Positions 1 to 9,246 of a DNA stretch of 64,000 nt are shown here, piece after piece (the stretch's first letter is position 1; each line of letters starts with the position of its first letter). The notes beneath the pieces were generated by a model that saw only the letters and a program-made list of their open reading frames with translations, had not been told where the DNA came from and did no database searches. Both the position numbers and the translations under genes were made by a program. This DNA is from an uncultured Acidobacteriota bacterium (lineage in GTDB: Bacteria > Acidobacteriota > Vicinamibacteria > Vicinamibacterales > CAVVIG01): assembly GCA_963789965.1 (NCBI GenBank), contig CAWBMO010000006.1, positions 402,136-466,135 on the forward strand, in the 5' to 3' direction.

Positions 1-2
1 TG

Positions 3-2141
3 ACCAGCGCCGGGGAGGCGCCGATTGGTCCTGATGAATACGCTCAGCTGATCGACGCGGCTTTCCGCCGAACGATGTGTTCGACCAACGTGGGTGTCCG
101 CGCAAACGCTCGGCTGTACCGGTTGCAGCCGGAGTTCGCGGTAGCGGAAGCGGTCGGGAACGCAGATGCCTGGCTCGAACGTGTTTTTGCCGCGTTTCGC
201 CCGTTCCTGAACACGCCGAACCGCGAGCCGCGGCCGCTCACGGCTCGCCTGCTCGTTCGGCCCGGCGAACCCTTCGACGGTGTCAACGACCTCGTCGCGA
301 AGCTGGAGGCTGGCCGCCTGCTGGGCCGCATGGGCCCCGCGGCTCTCCATCGGCTGTCGTTGCTGATGGTCTTCGAGCGGGAGATACGTCAGGGGTCCGA
401 CGTCGAGGACATCACGCGTCTGATGGGCCTGGCCTCGGACTGCCGACTATCGGAGGTCGCCGTGGACGGTGAGGTCATCGCCGACGCCAGACAGCACCTG
501 AGCGCTCAGTCGCTTCTCAACGTCCTAGAAGTCGATGTCCTCGACCGCCTCTTTCGGGAGGCGCGACAGCACGGTGTTCGGCTGGCCTATCGATATCAGA
601 TCGACACAGAATCGGCCGCACGCACGATATGGACCGGTCTGCATTGTGCGCGCACCTTCGGCCTCACCGCGGGCAAGTACGGCCTAGTGCCGTTGACCTT
701 CGCCGAACAGCAGCGAGTCATCGAGCTGATCACCGCGTGGACGAAAGGCTGGACCGCCATTCCGGCGTTCTACGTCGATACGCCGCTCGTGACCCACGAC
801 GAGGTCTTCGGCGAGTCGCGATGTGTCGAGGCTGCAGAGAAATGGATGACCATGGTTCGGTCGGCCGGCGCCCGGATCGTGCTGATGGACAGCCCTGATC
901 GTGTTCGGCCGCGGCGCCTCTTGCGCGAGTCGCAAGCCAAAGACGACAGAGGCGTGCTGACCCTGGCCCAAGTCCTCACAATAGAGGGCGCCGCCAATCA
1001 GCTCGGGTTGAAAGTGTTGTGGTCTGGTGGCATCACCCCCAAACAAGCGTACGACCTAGCCGCCGCAGCGGTATTCGGCATTTTCAGTACGAGCTCCACT
1101 GCCACTCAGGTCTCCGTGCAAGCCGGGCTGACTGGCGATCCACAGCTGGCCACCGAGGGCGAGCCGACCGGGCTGGGGGTTCGTCGCGTCCACGCGGCGG
1201 TCCAAGCGGGCTTTCTCGGCGCTCGGCTGTCAGCGACAGCCGCCGACGTGAGCCAGGAGACGAAGGCTGGCGGCAAACGCCTGCTAGACGCCATCTCGTC
1301 GCAGGCCGGCGTCGAAGAGGCCCTTGCATCACTCGACGAAGTCCTACTCCGTGGATGGCGTCGTCACTGGGCGCGCGGTCACGCCGATTCGCGAGCCTCG
1401 ACTCCGGGATCCGCCGCCACGCTCGTTCCCGTTCCGGCGAACGCGGTGCGCGTCTGGCGAGGCCGCCGACGGAAGGACCTCGCCCGGGACCGGTTCTTCG
1501 ACAAGCTGGGTGCGGTCTTCATCCCCTTGACCGTCCAGATGCAGCGTCTCTACGGATTGACGGCGTATCTGCCGGCGGTGCTCCCGGCCGACAAACCGGA
1601 CGCCGCACCGGACGAAATCGCATTGGTCTTTTATAGATCGCAACAAGCGTACGAGGACGCGAAGCAATACCCGGGTGGGGCAGCCTACAGCGACCTTCAT
1701 GGGCTCGTTTTCGACCTTCCGGCGAGCGGGAGCGGGTTTCCAGAGCTCTTCAAAGACCGGTTCGTCTTGAACCGACCGTACCATCTTTTTTCCCTTCCGA
1801 TCGACTGGAAGGCAGGGTTCGCCAGCGCGTACGTAGGGACTCGCAAGCCTGCAGTGACCCCCGACAATTACCGGAAAGCGATTGAAGATGCCGCGCGCCC
1901 GGTTCAAGCGGCCGGCCACGTCGACGGCGCGGTCTTGTTTGCATCCGAGGATTTCGTCGTTTTTTGGCAGCACGCGCAGCAATCCACCGAGCTGTTGACG
2001 CGCTTTTCCGACGTGACCGACCAAGTGTTCGCCAAAGATGCACGGCCGACGGTGCTAGCACCCGATCTAACTGCGCCGGGGGTCCGGCTGACGATTACGG
2101 GCGGCGAATGCTTCAACATGCAGTTCCCGGTCGTCACCTGA
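3..2141 (+). CDS. Large hypothetical protein, possibly 5'-partial (first ATG at 75; frame open back to the window edge)
   Basis: 688-aa ORF from ATG 75. The same frame has no stop back to nt 3. It ends 14 nt before the next co-directional ORF. I cannot name any motif with confidence. Confidence 0.55.
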   Translation, partial: TSAGEAPIGPDEYAQLIDAAFRRTMCSTNVGVRANARLYRLQPEFAVAEAVGNADAWLERVFAAFRPFLNTPNREPRPLTARLLVRPGEPFDGVNDLVAKLEAGRLLGRMGPAALHRLSLLMVFEREIRQGSDVEDITRLMGLASDCRLSEVAVDGEVIADARQHLSAQSLLNVLEVDVLDRLFREARQHGVRLAYRYQIDTESAARTIWTGLHCARTFGLTAGKYGLVPLTFAEQQRVIELITAWTKGWTAIPAFYVDTPLVTHDEVFGESRCVEAAEKWMTMVRSAGARIVLMDSPDRVRPRRLLRESQAKDDRGVLTLAQVLTIEGAANQLGLKVLWSGGITPKQAYDLAAAAVFGIFSTSSTATQVSVQAGLTGDPQLATEGEPTGLGVRRVHAAVQAGFLGARLSATAADVSQETKAGGKRLLDAISSQAGVEEALASLDEVLLRGWRRHWARGHADSRASTPGSAATLVPVPANAVRVWRGRRRKDLARDRFFDKLGAVFIPLTVQMQRLYGLTAYLPAVLPADKPDAAPDEIALVFYRSQQAYEDAKQYPGGAAYSDLHGLVFDLPASGSGFPELFKDRFVLNRPYHLFSLPIDWKAGFASAYVGTRKPAVTPDNYRKAIEDAARPVQAAGHVDGAVLFASEDFVVFWQHAQQSTELLTRFSDVTDQVFAKDARPTVLAPDLTAPGVRLTITGGECFNMQFPVVT

Positions 2142-2226
2142 ATGGCGGGGGCCGGTGAGCCGGCCCCCATCCGCCGAAATCCATGGCCTCGAGGTTCGGC
2201 CTCGAGGCGCCGTCACGGGACACACT

Positions 2227-3657
2227 ATGGACGCAAAACAGTTTCTGCTCACTCAGTTGACGTCAGGTGAGTTTCTCCTGACCAAGAGCTCCGAGGCGTT
2301 GACGGACCAGGAATTCTACGTACGGCTGCCGAACGCGGGCGAGAGCGCCGACTGGCTGATTGGACACCTAGCGGTCAACGAGGACTGGTTTTTGTCGATC
2401 CTGACGAACTCGCCGATCCAGGCGGACCAGCAGTTGCGTGACACTTACCAAGCCGACTTCCCGCCAACGTCGATCGTACAGGGCATGCGTCCACGCGCGG
2501 CGTTGATGGAGTTCTTCAGGAATCAGCGGCGTCGGGTCGTCGAGGCCCTCGCGACAGAGGATCCATCGGCGTGGGATCGACCGGCGCCCCAGGGCCTGCC
2601 ATCCGTGTTCCCCACGGCCGGCGCCGCCTGGGGCATCATCGGCACACACCAGTATTGGCATATCGGGCAAATGATGACGATCCGGACCATGCTGGGCAAG
2701 CCGGCCTTCCAGTTCGATCCGGGCGCGCCATCAACCGTCGCCGTGCCAGAGAACATCCGGCTGACGATGCCGGCTGACGGTCCGCGCGTCGCACCACGAC
2801 TGCCCGAACAGGTGAGCCCCTACGTCCGCGCTGAGTTCGACAAGGCGATGGAGACCTGGGGGATACACAACCATCTCGTCCGTACCATGGGTGCGCACCC
2901 GCTGCTCGCCCTTACCGAGGTCGACTACGCGAATTCATTCATCTTCCAGACCGACACGTACGCTCAGATTCCAAAGCCGGGTGCGGAGACATCCGGCGCA
3001 AGCGTCCTCTTTCCGCAGGCCGGATTCATCGATCGGGTGACGAAGGAACTGGCGATTACGCTCGTCAGCCTCATCAACCGGAGCCGTTACTCGATAACGC
3101 ATCACGGCGTCATCGCCTTTGGCACGCTCGGCGCGCTCGTGGCGGGGACATCACCGGGCGACAAGCGTAGTCGCGCGGAGGCCATGCTGCTGCGACTCGT
3201 GGATGGGACCGGGCAGACGACGTACCGCAACCAGCAGTACCAGGACCAACCGCTCTACTCGGAACTGCAGGTAGCCGTGCTCGAGTTTACGGAGACAATG
3301 AATTTCGACCCGCACTTGGTCAAGGACGCAGACGTGGCCCACCTCCGCGCGCTGATGCGGCTGGATGCACGGGCTCAGATCGCGTCCGGTCCGTTAGCCG
3401 CGCAATTCGACACGGCCGGTCCCGACGAGCCGTACGTCGAAGCGTTCGTCGACGCAATGCTCGTGGAGCTGACGTGGTGCATCGCGCACTTCTCGGGCTT
3501 GTTGAACCGCTGGTTCACGGTGCTGAAGATGCGGGACGAGGACTTCGCCGTCAACCCGGCAGGCCAGAACTTTCCGGAGGTGTACAACCAGGTAGTTCCC
3601 GTCTCCATCAAAGCCCGCAACAATGCGCTGCTCGGGACGTCCGGGTGGGGATATTAG
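2227..3657 (+). CDS. DinB-like N-terminal domain fused to an AhpD/carboxymuconolactone-decarboxylase-like domain
   Basis: The N-terminus has DWLIGHLAVNEDWF and HQYWHIGQMMTIR (DinB-type His motifs). The C-terminus has ELAITLVSLINRSRYSITHH, which resembles the AhpD-core E..l..vS..N.C.YC...H motif with both Cys replaced. Start chosen at ATG 2227 (MDAKQFLL); the ORF is open from 2155. Confidence 0.6.
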   Translation: MDAKQFLLTQLTSGEFLLTKSSEALTDQEFYVRLPNAGESADWLIGHLAVNEDWFLSILTNSPIQADQQLRDTYQADFPPTSIVQGMRPRAALMEFFRNQRRRVVEALATEDPSAWDRPAPQGLPSVFPTAGAAWGIIGTHQYWHIGQMMTIRTMLGKPAFQFDPGAPSTVAVPENIRLTMPADGPRVAPRLPEQVSPYVRAEFDKAMETWGIHNHLVRTMGAHPLLALTEVDYANSFIFQTDTYAQIPKPGAETSGASVLFPQAGFIDRVTKELAITLVSLINRSRYSITHHGVIAFGTLGALVAGTSPGDKRSRAEAMLLRLVDGTGQTTYRNQQYQDQPLYSELQVAVLEFTETMNFDPHLVKDADVAHLRALMRLDARAQIASGPLAAQFDTAGPDEPYVEAFVDAMLVELTWCIAHFSGLLNRWFTVLKMRDEDFAVNPAGQNFPEVYNQVVPVSIKARNNALLGTSGWGY

Positions 3658-3677
3658 CGGCGCAGGAGCCAACGCGC

Positions 3678-5060
3678 ATGAATCTTAGGCCAGGAATCGA
3701 CACGCACGACCCGGACTTCCACCTCATCGCCAAGGTCAACGTCCCTTTCGACGACCGTGACCGGCTCATCGACTGCCTGAAAGCGATTGCGCGCGTCAGC
3801 GCGCAGAAGCTGGACCCGGAGCGTCACTTCGCTGTGATTCGGGACCACGATGGCTCGTTGGTCGATCAAAAACTGGTCGTTCGCGACCTGGCGTTGAACC
3901 TCCTCGTCGGCTTTGGCGTGCGCTTCTTCCTCGGGCCGCTTGAAAGCCGTACGGACGACACCTTCCCAAATTTTCCTCCCGGAGGCACGTTCAAGCCTCG
4001 CACTCCCACCCGTTTCGGGATGCGGGGTCGGCAGGTGCCGCTTTATTTGCGAACCATGAACGCGACCGGTGACCGGGACTTCGTGGCGAAACGACTGGCG
4101 GCCAGCCTCGGTCGCCAGCCACAGCCGGGTGAGGTCGACGAGGCTTATAGCTCCTGGCTCTCAGGCACCGAGTCGGACCTGCTTCTCTGGTTCGAGTCCG
4201 ACAATCTGTACCTCGTCACCGACTTCTGGGACGCGATTCAACGAGACGTGGTCGTGCCGTTTCTGCTCGACCTCGTCAGTTTTCAGCAAGGGTTTCAGCG
4301 TGGCGACGGGCGCGACCACACGGGATACAACGACGGGGTCGGTAATCTGCAGGCCCGGATGCTCGCCGACCCACAGTACTACCGAAGCAAGATCTATCTG
4401 CCGCACCCGGCCCCTGCATATCCCGGCGAGCCGGACTGGAGCCGCGATAGCCCGGACTACGACGGCGGCACGTACCTTGTCCATCGCAAATACATCGAGC
4501 ATCTGGATCGGTGGAATTCAGATGACTTCGAGGTCAGTGATTCGCGCGGGAGGGTCTTCAGCGGTCACGAGGCACGCCAGCATGCGATTGGCCGAGACCT
4601 GGAGACCGGACGCGTCATGTGCAGAATGAGCGGCAGGACGCTGGAGCCGGAGCCAGACGGAACGGAGGTCAACCTGGCCTACAACGAATCGCACGCGCTG
4701 AAAGCCCGCGGCGGCGCGACGGCGCCGTTCAGTGCCCCGTTTCCGCCGCTCAAGGGCCAGGAACACAACGTCTTCAATACCCAGGACATTCGGATCCGGC
4801 GTCGAGGCGTGAACTTCTGCGAGATCGACCCGAAAACCGGGGAAGTCGCCTACGGCCTGCACTTCGTTTGTTTTCAGAACAACATCCAGCAGACCGGCTT
4901 CGAGTTCATCAACAACATCTGGCTGTTGAATCCGGACTTCCGACTGAGCAAGGACGGACTCTTCAATCCCGACGCCGGCATCATCGAACCTGTCGAGGGG
5001 TGCTATTACTTCGTTCCTCCCGAGCATCGGCACTATCCGGGGGAGGTCTTTTTTGACTGA
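3678..5060 (+). CDS. DyP-type (dye-decolorizing) peroxidase family protein
   Basis: GYNDGVGNL (GxxDG-type motif), YLVHRKYIEHL, ESHALKARG (proximal-His region), IRRRGVNF and GLHFVCFQNNIQQTGFEFI all resemble DyP conserved blocks. ATG at 3678 lies 21 nt after the upstream stop. Confidence 0.65.
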   Translation: MNLRPGIDTHDPDFHLIAKVNVPFDDRDRLIDCLKAIARVSAQKLDPERHFAVIRDHDGSLVDQKLVVRDLALNLLVGFGVRFFLGPLESRTDDTFPNFPPGGTFKPRTPTRFGMRGRQVPLYLRTMNATGDRDFVAKRLAASLGRQPQPGEVDEAYSSWLSGTESDLLLWFESDNLYLVTDFWDAIQRDVVVPFLLDLVSFQQGFQRGDGRDHTGYNDGVGNLQARMLADPQYYRSKIYLPHPAPAYPGEPDWSRDSPDYDGGTYLVHRKYIEHLDRWNSDDFEVSDSRGRVFSGHEARQHAIGRDLETGRVMCRMSGRTLEPEPDGTEVNLAYNESHALKARGGATAPFSAPFPPLKGQEHNVFNTQDIRIRRRGVNFCEIDPKTGEVAYGLHFVCFQNNIQQTGFEFINNIWLLNPDFRLSKDGLFNPDAGIIEPVEGCYYFVPPEHRHYPGEVFFD

Positions 5061-5388
5061 CTCGCCAATCGCCCATTTCGGCTCGGTGCGCTTCGTGGAC
5101 GGCACCTACGTCCGCGCGGCCGGTTCAGGGGATTGGACCGTTCAGCCCATCGAAGGTTTCGGGCTGGCGGTCGGGCCGCCGCTGGGGCAGATCCGGATTG
5201 CTTTCCCGACCCCAATCGCCGAGACCTTCACCGTCGTCGTGACGGCGCTTCGCCTCCCCACGACGCCGACGCTGAGCGTGAATTGCGGTGACATCGCGGC
5301 AGAGGGGTTCGTTGTTCACCTGTTCGATCCGATTGGCTCCCGAACATTGCAGAACGGCGGTTTTTCGTTTCTCGTCCTGCGCTCGTAG
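5053..5388 (+). CDS. Small hypothetical protein (111 aa), start overlaps the DyP stop
   Basis: TTG start at 5053 overlaps the DyP stop (5058-5060). Beta-rich sequence with no recognised motif; only a weak resemblance to H-type-lectin-like domains. Confidence 0.4.
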   Translation: MTDSPIAHFGSVRFVDGTYVRAAGSGDWTVQPIEGFGLAVGPPLGQIRIAFPTPIAETFTVVVTALRLPTTPTLSVNCGDIAAEGFVVHLFDPIGSRTLQNGGFSFLVLRS

Positions 5389-5430
5389 CAACACGGGGCG
5401 CATCGCCGAGAGCGTCGAAGGAGGGGACCG

Positions 5431-7419
5431 ATGCCGAAGATCACGACAGGCCGCGCCTATGCCAACAACGAAGTCGCGTACGTCGCCTGGGACACCGACG
5501 GCCAGATTGCGGGTTGCCTTGGCTTCGAGGTGACGCGCGTCTATCTCAACGCCGACGGCACTGTCGCGCGGCGGCCGGATGGCAGCGAAGACCGGGTGAG
5601 CTGTGCATCGTGGGTGGCGTTCAAGGGCCAGAAGAATCCGAACTGGCTGGCGCAGGACACCGGCGTGTGGCCGGTGCAAAAGATGTCATGGCGCGATCTC
5701 ACTCTGCGGAAGAAGCGCGACGGCGCGACTCGCCGGCCTGACGAGGTGCGGGTGCGGTTCGAGATCCGGCCCGTCGGCGACCTCAGGCCGGGGCTCGCGC
5801 CTGTGCCCTCGAACGGCCGCGAGTTCGCCGACGTCGTCAAGCGGGACAAAAAGAACAGGCCGGTGAAGGATGTGAACGGGAAGCCGGTGATGCAACGCGT
5901 TCGCGCGTACGAGGGCAAGCCGCGGCCGCTGGGCTACCTTGCACCCGCCGTCGCCACCAACGACGTCATGGTCACCTCCAGACGCAAGCCCTTCCGGTCA
6001 ACGTTCACCAATGGCATCCTGGCGGCTCAATGGCTCAGAAACGTGCTGCTCGAGGACGGAGTCATCACCCCGAACGAGCTACTCAACAAGATCTCGAATC
6101 CCAACGATCCGCACCGCAAGTACCTGGCGGGCGACGTGCTCCCGCTGATTCACGAGCTCTTCAGCCGGAAGGGCGAGTTCTATTTGGGCCTGTACGAGTT
6201 GGAAGACAAGGAGCTGGAGGACGTCCTCGTTGTCAACGCCGGGCGGGTCCACGTGATTCTGTCGAACTCGGGCGTCGACAGTGCCGGGGTCTGGGACCGT
6301 AGGAACGAGCCCGCGCGCAAGCGGCTGATGAAGGCCAAGGTGGACCTCCAGCACCGGATGTTCAACAACAGTACGCACATCGGGCACAACAAGTTCGTTG
6401 TGCATGTACCGCCGGCCGGCGGCCCTCGCGCCGTGTTGACCGGGAGTACGAACTGGACGCAGACCGGAGTCGCAGGGCAGACCAACAACGCAATCCTGGT
6501 CGAGGACGACGCGATCGCGGGGATGTTTCTCGAGTACTGGAAACGCATGAAGGCCGACAAGCTGAAGATGCCAAAGCCTCGCGGCGCAGCCATGATCGCG
6601 AATCAGCAGGGGGCCAAGTTCCGCACGTCCAACGTGGTGCCGTGCAAGTTCCAGCTGACGGGTGGAGTCGCGATCGAGCTCTGGTGCTCACCGAACACCC
6701 AGCAACAGAGGAAGCCGACCTCGACAACCAAGCCGACACCCGTCCCACCCGACCTGACCGAAGTCTATCGCCGAATGCGACTCGCGGAGGAAGCCATTCT
6801 GTTCCTAGCGTTCTACCCCGGCCAGGCTGGCAACGACTGCATCATCGGCGAAGCCATCGAGATCGGCCGCAAGGACAAGACGCTCCTAGTGAGCGGCGCC
6901 GTGTCGAGCCCGCAGGCCATGCCGGAGTACAAGGCGAGTAAGAAAGATCCAAGGACCAAAAAGGTCATCGAGAAGGGGAATTCACCCGTTACGTACGAAA
7001 GAGACAACGTAATGGTCGTACGTGCCGCGGCGATTGACGATCGCAACATCCTGGGGGACTTTGGCCTCGAGCAGCTCGCCGCCAAGAAAACCGGCGCGAT
7101 CATCCATGACAAACTGGTGGTCATCGATCCTCGCTCGGAGAACTGCTCGGTGATTCTCGGGAGCCACAATCTCGGTTTCAAGGCCTCGTACTCAAACGAC
7201 GAGAATTTCCTGATAATTTCCGGCCATCAGGAATTGGCCGCCGCGTACGCCGTCCACATTCTCGACGTCTACGAACACTACCGCTTTCGTGCGATCCAGA
7301 CCGAGCGGGCGCGACAGGGAAAGAAGAAATGGTCCGGGTACTTGGACGCCGACGATCGGTGGCAGAATGGGTACGTCGATCACTCCAAGGGGGCGATCGC
7401 CCGGTATTTCGCGCGCTAG
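5431..7419 (+). CDS. Phospholipase D-family protein with two HKD motifs and a ~300-aa unknown N-terminal region
   Basis: HKD motif 1 is HNKFVVH...GSTNWT and motif 2 is HDKLVVID...GSHNLG. GGAGG-like sequence (gaaggagggg) lies upstream of ATG 5431. Confidence 0.85.
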   Translation: MPKITTGRAYANNEVAYVAWDTDGQIAGCLGFEVTRVYLNADGTVARRPDGSEDRVSCASWVAFKGQKNPNWLAQDTGVWPVQKMSWRDLTLRKKRDGATRRPDEVRVRFEIRPVGDLRPGLAPVPSNGREFADVVKRDKKNRPVKDVNGKPVMQRVRAYEGKPRPLGYLAPAVATNDVMVTSRRKPFRSTFTNGILAAQWLRNVLLEDGVITPNELLNKISNPNDPHRKYLAGDVLPLIHELFSRKGEFYLGLYELEDKELEDVLVVNAGRVHVILSNSGVDSAGVWDRRNEPARKRLMKAKVDLQHRMFNNSTHIGHNKFVVHVPPAGGPRAVLTGSTNWTQTGVAGQTNNAILVEDDAIAGMFLEYWKRMKADKLKMPKPRGAAMIANQQGAKFRTSNVVPCKFQLTGGVAIELWCSPNTQQQRKPTSTTKPTPVPPDLTEVYRRMRLAEEAILFLAFYPGQAGNDCIIGEAIEIGRKDKTLLVSGAVSSPQAMPEYKASKKDPRTKKVIEKGNSPVTYERDNVMVVRAAAIDDRNILGDFGLEQLAAKKTGAIIHDKLVVIDPRSENCSVILGSHNLGFKASYSNDENFLIISGHQELAAAYAVHILDVYEHYRFRAIQTERARQGKKKWSGYLDADDRWQNGYVDHSKGAIARYFAR

Positions 7420-7536
7420 AGGCATGACCGCGAACTCGCGCTGGCCGTATCGGTACCACGACTCGTTGGGGTAAAAGCAGGCGGCTCGGTCCGCGAGTGC
7501 AGATCGGCCAAGTTATCAGCCTAAAGGGGGTCGGTC

Positions 7537-8223
7537 ATGGCTCTCGAGCATTGCACAGATTGCGGACACGAGGTCTCTTCGGAAGCGACGGGTTGTCCGA
7601 ATTGCGCTCGGCCGTGGAAGAAGATCCCAGTCGGTTGGAGGGCGGCATTTGGCCCCTTAGGGGCTTTCCTGGCGGTCGCGCTACCAATAGCGGCCACGAT
7701 TATTTCCCTGATTGTCGGTGTTATCGAGTATCGCAAAGCCCAGAGATGGAGGCGTACTGAGTTTGTAATAGCGCAGATGAAAGAATTCGAACAGCGACGC
7801 GACGTTCAGCTTGCCATGGCCATGCTGGACTGGAACGATAGGTCATACAAACTAGAAGGCGAGAGCGAGCCTGAAGTGAAAGTTACTGATGACACTCTTC
7901 TCGGCGCCTTGGTTCCTCATCCGAGTAAGCCTGACGGCAGGTTTAGCTCGACCGAGGCGCGAATCCGCGACATCTTCGATGCCTACTTCAGTGGTGTCGA
8001 CTACTTCGCTGCGATGGTAGAGGTAGGAGTGATAACAGTAGAAGATCTTAAGCCGTACGGGATCAAGTACTACCTTGACATAATCGGCAGACCCGGCAGG
8101 AAGCAACGGGCAGTCGTGGAAGAGATGTGGAAGTATCTGGAGTGTTATGAATTCACAGGCGTCCAGAGACTATTAAGGACCTATGGACATAATGTTGCCG
8201 TAAGTCCAATTCCGGGCTGCTGA
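7537..8223 (+). CDS. Zinc-ribbon / single-TM protein of unknown function
   Basis: N-terminal CTDCGH...CPNC four-Cys ribbon, then a hydrophobic helix (FLAVALPIAATIISLIVGVI). AAGGGGG lies upstream of the ATG. Visibly lower GC than its neighbours. Confidence 0.6.
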   Translation: MALEHCTDCGHEVSSEATGCPNCARPWKKIPVGWRAAFGPLGAFLAVALPIAATIISLIVGVIEYRKAQRWRRTEFVIAQMKEFEQRRDVQLAMAMLDWNDRSYKLEGESEPEVKVTDDTLLGALVPHPSKPDGRFSSTEARIRDIFDAYFSGVDYFAAMVEVGVITVEDLKPYGIKYYLDIIGRPGRKQRAVVEEMWKYLECYEFTGVQRLLRTYGHNVAVSPIPGC

Positions 8224-8356
8224 CACGGACTTTTCGTTTCTTCGTTCCGAGCCTGTTGCGCAAGAAGGTGCAGGCTGGCCGATGACACTTGACTTACAAA
8301 ATGTCAGCTCGATAATGATTCGGTGACATCGGAATATTCCACGCCTTTCTTGTCTC

Positions 8357-8458
8357 CTGTTAAAGATTGTTAAGGTCCACAAAAGTCAGTCGTTATTTAG
8401 TCAATACTATTTACTAAATGCCAGAACCATTTCCGAACCTTAACAATCCTCAACAGGT
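8357..8458. repeat. MITE-like nested inverted-repeat element, copy B1
   Basis: Outer IR is CCTGTTAAAGATTGTTAAGGT / ACCTTAACAATCCTCAACAGG. Inner palindrome is ATTTAGT-N11-ACTAAAT (8395-8419). About 80% identical by eye to 11644-11752. Confidence 0.7.
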
Positions 8459-8595
8459 TCGAAGTGAGTTTCTGCCGCCGCCGGTCATTACGCTCGTCGC
8501 GATTGCGATGCGAGAGGACTCGGCGAGCGGAGGCAAAAAGAGATAAGGATAACCCGGTCGTCGAGGAACAGACGAAGTGGGATGAAATCGGCAGT

Positions 8596-8699
8596 GCGCC
8601 TTTTGTCGGCTTTCGTGGATGAACCCCATGCACCGCGAAGGATTCACTTCTTTGGGACGGCGGCGCCCGCGTCGCGCGCTCGTGTGCATGGGTTCATCC
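8596..8699. repeat. Dispersed repeat family D (GGATGAACCCCATGCACCGCGA core), inverted pair
   Basis: GGATGAACCCCATGCACC at 8617-8634 and GTGCATGGGTTCATCC at 8684-8699. Related copies at 16994-17038 (reverse) and 23412-23481. Confidence 0.6.
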
Positions 8700-8779
8700 G
8701 TGACAACGCCCACAAACCCGTCGCGCGAGCTGAATACCGACTCGCAGAAAAACGGTAGAACCGCATATGATTTCGCCCG

Positions 8780-9121
8780 ATGGAAGACATCAATGTGTGT
8801 CCGATTTGCGGGCGGCATGCTGACGTGGCATCGGACGACACTCGTGCCTCTGCTTACAACGTCGAATGCAAGGTGTGTGGGCGGTATCTCGTCGGGGTTA
8901 CGTTCGTATTGGGCGTCAACCAGCGGACAGAACGGCCAGCGGATGCCCTGCTGGTGCGCTATCTCTCTGGCTATACACGAACGGCCAACGGCTCTGCGCA
9001 GATAGGCGGCGACAACTGGCGTGAACTGGCGCAAAAGCACAAAGACACGCCACCGGAAGAGAAGACGCGGAAGCTGTTGAAATATCTTCAAGGGAAGTCG
9101 TGTTCGCGACGCGGCCCCTGA
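8780..9121 (+). CDS. Small zinc-ribbon protein (113 aa), possibly truncated
   Basis: CPICG...CKVCG four-Cys ribbon at the N-terminus. Lower-GC region. A long Arg-rich antisense ORF (8450-9253) was judged spurious. Confidence 0.45.
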   Translation: MEDINVCPICGRHADVASDDTRASAYNVECKVCGRYLVGVTFVLGVNQRTERPADALLVRYLSGYTRTANGSAQIGGDNWRELAQKHKDTPPEEKTRKLLKYLQGKSCSRRGP

Positions 9122-9246
9122 AACCTTTGATGCAGCCATTTCAGATTGGCGACCACGTGCCGCCGGCCGCTGAGTATCAGCCAACGGCCGGCTGGACCTG
9201 CACGGTGTGCCGCCACTTCGAGCAGCTGCAGTAAGTTCAGAGCGTA

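Noticed and set aside
4990-5060. Encapsulin cargo-targeting peptide at the C-terminus of the DyP-like protein.
   Set aside because: The C-terminus (…PPEHRHYPGEVFFD) lacks the Gly/Ser-rich linker and the SxGIGSLK-type motif. No encapsulin shell gene is nearby.
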